From positions 1-22,075 of the forward strand of contig JBBCAV010000152.1 of assembly GCA_051382305.1 (NCBI GenBank): a DNA stretch of 22,075 bases, written 5' to 3'. The notes under the pieces were generated by a model. It was not told the DNA's origin. It did not search any database and saw only the letters and a program-made list of their open reading frames with translations. The stretch is from Bdellovibrionota bacterium FG-2. Lineage in GTDB: Bacteria; Bdellovibrionota; UBA1018. Position 1 is the stretch's first letter. The number at the start of each line of letters is the position of its first letter. Positions 15,880 to 22,075 of this stretch are shown piece after piece. A program made the translations under genes and the position numbers.

Positions 15880-17902
15880 ACCAACGAGTCGCGGTGTTGT
15901 TGGTCATGTTGGCTTCGCCTTTTGCTTTGGCGATCTCGACACTCACGCCGACTACCTGTCGTAAAGCGTCCTTTGGAATTCGAACATTTTTGAAAACAAA
16001 AGTTTGAGTTTCACCAGCTTGAAGTGGCGAAATCTCCTGTGGCTGGCTAATCGCTTGCCACGCCGGATCGTGCGATTCGTCACCGCCGAATAAGTTATTG
16101 CGAAGGCTCAGCACCGATGCACTTGATGGTTTTGCACCCATGTTGCGAACCTTTACCGTAACGTGAGCAAGCACTGCCCCCTTGTTTACTCGCAGAGGGT
16201 TCCATTGAATGTCGTCTTGATAGAGCCCCAGATCGGGTTCAATGGTCTTGAGTCTTGAATTAAGCGCAATTGAATCAAAATCAATGGGGGACTTCTGAGA
16301 CCGCTGCGTGAGCCAGGACCCAATGGCTCGCCAGGCTTCAATGCCGGTGTCGTTTAGCGAGCTCAGCGGAATCAATCCTGGAATTTTCGAATTCATAAAC
16401 TCCAGGGTGTCGATAATCGAAGTGTTCACAACCATCTGGTAGGTCCGGGATTCGTCCAAGGGTTCCCCTTGAACTCGAACCTCGCGAATCGGAAACTCAA
16501 ACCAAGCCGGGCTAACTTCAGGGGCCTGCAGCAGGGTTAGCTCCCCCGGCAAGTTTGCGGCCACGGCGCTTAACTCTTTTTTCTTTTGAGCGCTCAGGAG
16601 ATCGGGACTAAACACGACCTCGAGATTCGAAAGAGCAAGGGACCCGTTCGCGTTAAGCAGCGTTGTTGCCGCTAAAAAGTTGAGCAGACGGGAGAGGGTT
16701 TTTCCGGCGATCTCGAGCGTTTGAAGGGTCCAAGCTTTTCCGGTCTGGGGATGGTAGATGCCCGGGTTACTGTTAAACACATCGACGGTGCTCAGGTTCC
16801 CTCGCGGCAATGAGCCATAAATAAAACTCATATAATCTAGCGCAAAATCTGCAGGCACGGCATTGAGGTAAGAATCCGAGGCAAAACTGCCCATCAGCGG
16901 AGCGACGCCCTCTCGTCCAAGCTCGATATGACTTTCGCCAACTGTGTCGTGAAAAATCGGGCCCCGCTCGTTTTCAATCTCAGTTTCAACTCGCTCAACA
17001 GAAGCGGCGATCACGGGATCTTCAGCGGTGAGCGAATCGATCTGATGAAGTTTGGATTCGAGTAAGCGGAGCTTTCCACCTTGATACGCGAATTTAACTT
17101 GCCCCAAATACTGGCCAAAACAGCCGGCTTCGACGAGCCATCCGTCACTTGAGCCAAAACGAGAGACGACCACGGGTTTAGTGTATTTTCGATGATCGTG
17201 CGCGCCGATGACAAGATCGATCTGCGGGATCATTTTGAGTAGGAGGCGGTTAACGGCGGAGCTGTTGTGGGAAATCACGACGATCCCATCCACCTTTATC
17301 TCCCCGTGCAAAAGTTGTTTCACGAGTTCTCGGGTTACGGCGAAGGGATCTAAGATTTGTACGGGGGCTAAGAACTTGTCGTAAATGAGTTCGTAGGTCA
17401 CCAGACCCACGAAGGCAATGCGGGCGCCCCCCACTTCTCGAATGACAAAGGGAGGAAGTCTTTGTGTCAGATCGGGGCGACGCAGCAGCTGGTCAAGCGA
17501 AATATTGGCGGCCAAGATTGGAAACTTTGGATTGGCCTCATCAATGGATTTGAGCAATACGTCAGCGCCATTGAGCCAGTCGTGGTTGCCGAGTGTGGCT
17601 AGATCATATCCCATTTGATCCATCATGCGCAGCGACTCGCGTCCAGTGCCCGGAAGGTAATAGATATTGCCCTCGGCCCAATCGCCTCCATCCACGAGCA
17701 GGGTGTTGGGATTCTCGGCGCGTAGCTGATCCACGAGCGTTTTGATTCGAGCGACGCCTCCTAGTTTGAGATCAGTTTTTGAGGGGCGAAAGTGAGAATG
17801 CAGATCGTTGGTGTGGAGGATGCTGATTTCAACGGGTTCGTTGGCCAAGGCGGCTAGGGACAAAAAACAACACGCGGCACATAATCCTTTAAGGCAAAAC
17901 AT
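15866..17902 (-). CDS. Exported metallophosphoesterase/5'-nucleotidase family protein with C-terminal CARDB-like domain
   Basis: Signal peptide (ALA-N). HTNDLHS, DGGD, GNHD, SH and GAHDH calcineurin-like motifs. C-terminus PDL....VTVKVRNMG...L.AGETQT...E.N.TNN. RBS AGGAGG. Confidence 0.88.
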   Translation of the reverse strand: MFCLKGLCAACCFLSLAALANEPVEISILHTNDLHSHFRPSKTDLKLGGVARIKTLVDQLRAENPNTLLVDGGDWAEGNIYYLPGTGRESLRMMDQMGYDLATLGNHDWLNGADVLLKSIDEANPKFPILAANISLDQLLRRPDLTQRLPPFVIREVGGARIAFVGLVTYELIYDKFLAPVQILDPFAVTRELVKQLLHGEIKVDGIVVISHNSSAVNRLLLKMIPQIDLVIGAHDHRKYTKPVVVSRFGSSDGWLVEAGCFGQYLGQVKFAYQGGKLRLLESKLHQIDSLTAEDPVIAASVERVETEIENERGPIFHDTVGESHIELGREGVAPLMGSFASDSYLNAVPADFALDYMSFIYGSLPRGNLSTVDVFNSNPGIYHPQTGKAWTLQTLEIAGKTLSRLLNFLAATTLLNANGSLALSNLEVVFSPDLLSAQKKKELSAVAANLPGELTLLQAPEVSPAWFEFPIREVRVQGEPLDESRTYQMVVNTSIIDTLEFMNSKIPGLIPLSSLNDTGIEAWRAIGSWLTQRSQKSPIDFDSIALNSRLKTIEPDLGLYQDDIQWNPLRVNKGAVLAHVTVKVRNMGAKPSSASVLSLRNNLFGGDESHDPAWQAISQPQEISPLQAGETQTFVFKNVRIPKDALRQVVGVSVEIAKAKGEANMTNNTATRWFSLR

Positions 17903-17948
17903 GTCTTAGAAACCCTCCTGTTCTAAGTAATGGTCGTCTGCAGGAATT

Positions 17949-17977
17949 AAGCTAATTAAAAGACGGGTATTAAGCAA
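17949..17977 (-). promoter_or_regulatory. Putative sigma70 promoter of the nucleotidase gene
   Basis: Minus strand TTGCTT, 17 nt, TAGCTT. Confidence 0.4.
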
Positions 17978-18195
17978 TACAAGACTTCTTGTTCTGGGAC
18001 TCCGGGAGGTCCGCGGTAAGTAGCGTCAATGGTGGCCAATTTTGGGGGAGGTGTGGGATTGGGGTGCAATTGTCATTCTGACACGCTGACACGACACACC
18101 GCTCTTGGCCGGACTGATTCATTGGATTGGCAAGGAGTATTAGTCGAGTGGAATGTTAGTTCAAATCTGAATCCACCTGCAAAAGTTGGCTTGCA

Positions 18196-18864
18196 ATGAC
18201 ATTGCCCGTGGCATATACGGAGCAGGTGAAACAGAAGAAATCAAAACCCAGAGCGGCGCAGCTCATGCTGCCGCTGTCTGGCCTCAAATCAGGAAAGTCC
18301 GCAAAGGAACATGGCGGAGAAGCATCTGCAAAATCAGGTCGTCGCAAGACTGCGCGCCCTTTTGATCCAGGAAAACCCCTTCATATCACGATGCGCTCAT
18401 CGATGGCAGTTGAAGATCGGTCTATGCTACATCCAAAACGTGCGCGTATTATCAAAAACATTGTCTATGATGCAGCTCAAAGGCAGGGAATCGTGGTCAA
18501 AAGATATGTGTGTGTGGGAAACCATCTGCACGTCCTCATTCAGACCAAAGCGCGTCGAATGGTACTGGCGAGGCCAGCACTTCGGGCTTTTTTGCGAGAG
18601 GTGGGCGGACTCGTCGCTCGCGCAGTGACGGGCGCTGAAAAAGGACGCCCCATGAAAGCGCTCCTCCAGAAGAATAGCAAAATGGATAAAGAAAAGGGAA
18701 AAAGGCGGTTCTGGGACTCCCTCGCGTGGTCGCGTATCGTGACTTGGGGCAAAGATTTGCTGAGTGTCGGCAAATATTTTCTAAAAAATGAATACGACGC
18801 GATTCATGTGTTGAGGCTGAACAATTGGCCAGACGTTACGCTCGAAGCGAGAGCGTCACCGTAG
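18196..18864 (+). CDS. HUH/Y1 tyrosine transposase-family protein (IS200/RAYT-like)
   Basis: HITMR strand, YVCVGNHLHVL (HUH), FW...WSR.V, C-terminal KYFLKN (RAYT-type Y..N catalytic tyrosine). Start uncertain. Confidence 0.8.
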   Translation: MTLPVAYTEQVKQKKSKPRAAQLMLPLSGLKSGKSAKEHGGEASAKSGRRKTARPFDPGKPLHITMRSSMAVEDRSMLHPKRARIIKNIVYDAAQRQGIVVKRYVCVGNHLHVLIQTKARRMVLARPALRAFLREVGGLVARAVTGAEKGRPMKALLQKNSKMDKEKGKRRFWDSLAWSRIVTWGKDLLSVGKYFLKNEYDAIHVLRLNNWPDVTLEARASP

Positions 18865-19545
18865 CGTCGGATAGGAGTTGCCTTCGTCAATTATCCACGT
18901 ATCAGCGGGCGGTTCGAACCTGTTAGGGCTCACGCTGTTTCTGAACTGCAGGCGGTAACGGTGGCAGAACCTGTTCTGATTATGTTAGTACTCAACGCGT
19001 ACGAATTGGATATCGTTCCTGCCCCAGCAGAGTAGATTAAATCTGCCCTGGAGCCAAGTGGAAGAGGGGGGACCGCGCCTGAGGCGTAACAGCGAGTTAC
19101 GTTTACTGTCGAATGGGTGGCTCCGATCAATCCGCCTACTTGGTCCAATGTGCCAGCGCCCACATTGCCTTGCGCGTAGCAATCGCTGATCTCAGTGCTT
19201 CCAATCGTGTTCATATTTGCATATCCGATTAGCCCTCCTGCAGTTTGTCCGGAGCCGGTTCTGTTTCCGGTCGCGTACACTTTTGACAGCGTTCCGGCGC
19301 CAGAGAGGCCCCCGATAAAACCACCGAAATTGGTTCCTCCTCCAAGGCCTTTTACAATACCCGTTGTGTACGCATCCGTTATGGTTCCTGTTAGAGTGGC
19401 CTCTCCGATGAGTCCTCCGGCGTGAGCCCTACCCTGGACGAAGCCAGAAGCGGAGCTGCTCGATAACACTGAACCCACGTCACCGTTATATGATGTTAGC
19501 GCCCACCCTTCTTGACATTCCTTTGCTCACGTTCGCTGTCATTGC
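18856..19545 (-). pseudogene. GLUG-motif (beta-helical surface protein) pseudogene, 5'-truncated and frameshifted
   Basis: Main frame 19499-18930 has repeated GGLIG/GGFIG...YATG motifs. An upstream piece in another frame (TANVSKGMSRRVG, 19542-19501) joins to LTSYN. The C-terminus ADTWIIDEGNSYPTLR* (stop 18856-18858) is also out of frame with the main ORF. No signal peptide or credible start. Confidence 0.75.
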
Positions 19546-19587
19546 CTGAGCAAAAAAAAACGGGGTTTATTCCTCTTATCCGTCTGC

Positions 19588-19950
19588 AGGGCCGCCGATC
19601 TGTGCTTCGTGAGCTCGTTGCACGACGCGATGAATCTAGTCGCAAAAGAATATGTTTTAGCCCATTCTGACAATCTAGGGGTGCTAGTTCTGAGCACTTT
19701 TACAGGCGCTTCCCGCGAGCTAACCGACGCATTACTTATTAATCCATACGACTTTGACGAATGCGCAGAAGCGCTATATCGTGCCCTCATGATGCCTGAA
19801 GCAGAAAAGCGCAATCGCATGGATCGCCTACGCGCTGTCGTCTCTGAAAAAAATGTCTATTCTTGGGCAGGATCATTTCTTGCCGAAATTCACCGGATCG
19901 CCCAAACAAAGATCCAAAGTATTAAGACCATAAAAGTAGATCCCTCATGA
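19588..19950 (+). pseudogene. otsA: C-terminal fragment of trehalose-6-phosphate synthase (GT20)
   Basis: RAADLCFVSSLHDAMNLVAKEY, GVLVLS.FTGAS.EL..ALLINPYD, W..SFL. Only about 120 aa; similarity begins at about 19588 and there is an in-frame stop at 19513. Canonical DGMNL reads DAMNL. Confidence 0.85.
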
Positions 19951-21206
19951 CAACGGCAAAAGCACACAGTTATCGACACGCCTCTCTATGGATTGGCGCC
20001 GTTCTAGTTGGAACGGCGGCGGTTCTTTACGCGAAAATTATTTTGATCGCCCAAAACGCATTTAGCTTATGGTTTGGAAAATCCCCGAATCAGATCACCC
20101 TTTTCACTCCTTTTGCGTTTGTCATTGCGACGCTACTGGTCCGCAAGTTTGCCCCCGATGCAAAAGGGAGTGGCATTCCGCAGGTTTTGGAAGCAATTGA
20201 GCTTGGAAAAAAAACACCGCTTGACCAGGAACCCTGGAACTCTCCCCTCATCTCGATTCGAACGGCAATAATTAAAGTAATCTCTTCTGTGATCGCGCTT
20301 CTCGGGGGCGCATCTATCGGCAGAGAAGGTCCAACCATTCAGATTGCAGCATCGGTATTTGCTGCTGTTGGAAGAAGAGTTCGCAAGTACGCGCCTCACG
20401 TTGAACTCCCATCCTATTTGACCGCTGGAGCTGCAGCAGGAGTTGCCGCTGCCTTCAACACTCCCCTTGCAGGAATCACGTTTGCAATCGAAGAAGCCAT
20501 AGACGGGGCATTGGGCTCGTTCCGACAAGCTATGATGGTAGCAGTTATTATTTCGGGAATTACAGCGCAAGCACTTCTCGGGGACTATCTCTACTTCGGA
20601 CGCCCTGCTGTGTCCGCCCCCGACTTCCATGTTGTATATCAAGCCCTACTCATTGGTCTTAGCGGTGGAATTCTAGGCGGAATTTTTGCCAGAGTTCTCG
20701 CCTACCCGCGGCTCCTGCGTGTACCCAAACACTGGGTCCTTCGCGCTTTTCTTTGTGGTGCAATTTGCGCAGCAATTGGAATCATCACGAAAGGGGCTAC
20801 ATTCGGTTCAGGGTATGAGCCTACTCAGGCCGCTCTGCTAGCAAATTCTGCAGAGAAGTTGGATCTATACTTTCCAGTTTGGAAATTTATTACGACCGCT
20901 CTCTCCTACCTTTCAGGAATGGCTGGGGGAATCTTATCGCCCAGCCTTTCCATTGGAGCGGGAATCGGAATTTCAGTCGCAAAGCTACTGCATTTTGCCG
21001 ACTTTAAAACTTGCGCACTCCTCGGAATGGTCGCGTTTTTTTCTGGCGTAGTACAAGCGCCTCTTACTGCCGTAGTGATTGTTACAGAGATGACGGACCG
21101 GCATCTTCTTATCATCCCCTTCATGATCGCCGCGTTTGTCGGGCAAGGGATTGGTCGCCTTATTATGCCTACGCCGTTGTATCATTTCCTGGCGAAGCGG
21201 CATTGA
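19947..21206 (+). CDS. ClC-family Cl-/H+ antiporter (no CBS domains)
   Basis: GSGIPQ, GREGP (gating Glu), AAFNTPLAG..FAIEE (proton Glu), GGILSP, PLY. ATGA overlap with the otsA stop. Confidence 0.93.
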   Translation: MTTAKAHSYRHASLWIGAVLVGTAAVLYAKIILIAQNAFSLWFGKSPNQITLFTPFAFVIATLLVRKFAPDAKGSGIPQVLEAIELGKKTPLDQEPWNSPLISIRTAIIKVISSVIALLGGASIGREGPTIQIAASVFAAVGRRVRKYAPHVELPSYLTAGAAAGVAAAFNTPLAGITFAIEEAIDGALGSFRQAMMVAVIISGITAQALLGDYLYFGRPAVSAPDFHVVYQALLIGLSGGILGGIFARVLAYPRLLRVPKHWVLRAFLCGAICAAIGIITKGATFGSGYEPTQAALLANSAEKLDLYFPVWKFITTALSYLSGMAGGILSPSLSIGAGIGISVAKLLHFADFKTCALLGMVAFFSGVVQAPLTAVVIVTEMTDRHLLIIPFMIAAFVGQGIGRLIMPTPLYHFLAKRH

Positions 21207-21304
21207 CTTGACTCATCCGACTGAGATTCCTTGAGGACTTCAAATATGACTGCACTTGCACAAGTGTGAGAGGTTAAACAAAATCCTCGTGTCATAAGTC
21301 TAGA

Positions 21305-21697
21305 TCATTCCATCGAAAGAACATCGATGAAATCCCGATTCAAAAACTCTTGTTTCCCAAGTCTTGCACGGATGGACAGCGTCTGCTTTTTGCATTGATT
21401 TGAACCCGTAGTTCTCTCCAAATGCTCCAAGTATCCCTTCACCACCTGTTCGGCTGGCAAATTCAAAAACTTCGCTAATTGCAGGACCAACGCCCGAATA
21501 TAAGCGGGGGCAGGTAGCTTTGAACGATCCTCTTGCTCAATAACTTCAAGGACTGCTGTTCTAATCTTAGTGCCCGTGCCGACATCATCAAGAGATAATC
21601 CTCGCTCCTCTCGAATCACCTTTAACAGAGGGCCAGACCAATTAGAGGCAGAGAGGGATTGATTGCCTACTTCTGGGGCGAAACGAGCGAACGACAT
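21305..21697 (-). CDS. RodZ-like HTH (HTH_25/XRE) domain protein without TM segment
   Basis: G.LLK.IREERGLSLDDV...TKIR...LE.IE.ED...LP..AYIR......AKFLNL pattern. Confidence 0.75.
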   Translation of the reverse strand: MSFARFAPEVGNQSLSASNWSGPLLKVIREERGLSLDDVGTGTKIRTAVLEVIEQEDRSKLPAPAYIRALVLQLAKFLNLPAEQVVKGYLEHLERTTGSNQCKKQTLSIRARLGKQEFLNRDFIDVLSME

Positions 21698-21906
21698 ATT
21701 AAAGGAGTTTAGGTTAAAGTGAGCGGCTAATCAAGCACTGACCGAACAACATCAGTCGCAAAAAAGCGCCTCCAACAATTCAGCTCCAATTTCATTAGGT
21801 TGCCTTTGCAGCGCCGGAGTCATTCCATGCTTACACGCTGATCCACAAGGAGGATGGTTGGAGATCTCAAAAAAATGCATTTGCCTTTTTGAACGTATTC
21901 CTACCA

Positions 21907-22075
21907 GATGATTAGGACCTTAGCTCCGGTAACGTAATAACCTTTGAGTTTACGCAGGCATAGAGCAAGCGATCGAAGGATTCGTAGGGCCAAGTGCGTC
22001 GGTTAAACCGGTAGGCGAACTCGGCCAGGTATGCCCTGCGGTATTTAGGATAAACGCCATGGTAGGTCGACAAAA
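21907..22075 (-). mobile_element. Right end of an IS1595-family insertion sequence
   Basis: Transposase 3' end plus a candidate terminal IR, GATGATTAGGACCTTAGCTCCG (21907-21928), overlapping the stop codon. The partner IR lies outside the window, so the boundary is unverified. Confidence 0.6.
21912..22075 (-). CDS. IS1595-family DDE transposase, C-terminal part (runs off the window)
   Basis: Minus strand translates LSTYHGVYPKYRRAYLAEFAYRFNRRTWPYESFDRLLYACVNSKVITLPELRS*. TYHGV..K...YL.EF.YRFNRR is the IS1595 C-terminal signature. Confidence 0.88.
   Translation of the reverse strand, partial: LSTYHGVYPKYRRAYLAEFAYRFNRRTWPYESFDRLLYACVNSKVITLPELRS

Noticed and set aside
18908..18934. GGTTCGAACC resembling a tRNA T-loop or att site
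   Set aside because: The T-stem would be mostly G-T pairs, with no acceptor stem or CCA. The sequence is explained by the GLUG pseudogene C-terminus on the other strand.
21269..21295. AGAGGTT...CCTC resembling a preQ1-I riboswitch
   Set aside because: Lacks the conserved loop and A-rich tail, and lies 3' of genes rather than in a leader.
21836..21858. CGCTGATCCACAAGG resembling the 5' end of a c-di-AMP (ydaO) riboswitch
   Set aside because: The downstream conserved blocks (GGAAC, GGGG, CCG.CAGCTAAC) are absent and there is no downstream gene on that strand.
21752..21880. 42-aa minus-strand ORF (MHFFEISNHPPCGSACKHG...)
   Set aside because: Too short, with no recognisable family and a poorly spaced RBS; cannot be supported.
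1..22075. CRISPR arrays, rRNA/tRNA genes, toxin-antitoxin or known defence genes
   Set aside because: No regularly spaced direct repeats, RNA-gene signatures or defence-family motifs were seen by eye.

Overview
Bacterial chromosomal window. Gene order and protein types suggest a Bdellovibrionota/deltaproteobacterial lineage (inference). Positions 0.6-17.9 kb are mostly housekeeping: a YqhD-type Fe-alcohol dehydrogenase, a tilS-ftsH-cdaA-cdaR-glmM-pdxJ-nnr-tsaE cluster, an orphan Pro-rich gene with a sigma28-like promoter, an rrf2-cysteine desulfurase-mnmA-mtaB tRNA-sulfur operon, and a secreted 5'-nucleotidase-family/CARDB protein. Positions 18-22 kb form a decaying accessory segment: an HUH/Y1 (RAYT-like) transposase-family gene, a frameshifted GLUG-repeat pseudogene joined back-to-back to a 5'-truncated otsA, a ClC antiporter, a stand-alone RodZ-type HTH, and the 3' end of an IS1595-family transposase. 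The most unusual signals are: (1) an MnmA with substitutions in the PP-loop and several tRNA-contact motifs, downstream of a cysteine-free Rrf2 regulator; (2) a TilS reduced to its catalytic domain; (3) a 60-bp near-perfect TA-flanked palindrome; (4) the RAYT-like gene without obvious flanking REPs; (5) the sigma28-driven orphan gene. All calls rest on motif reading by eye; no database searches were run.
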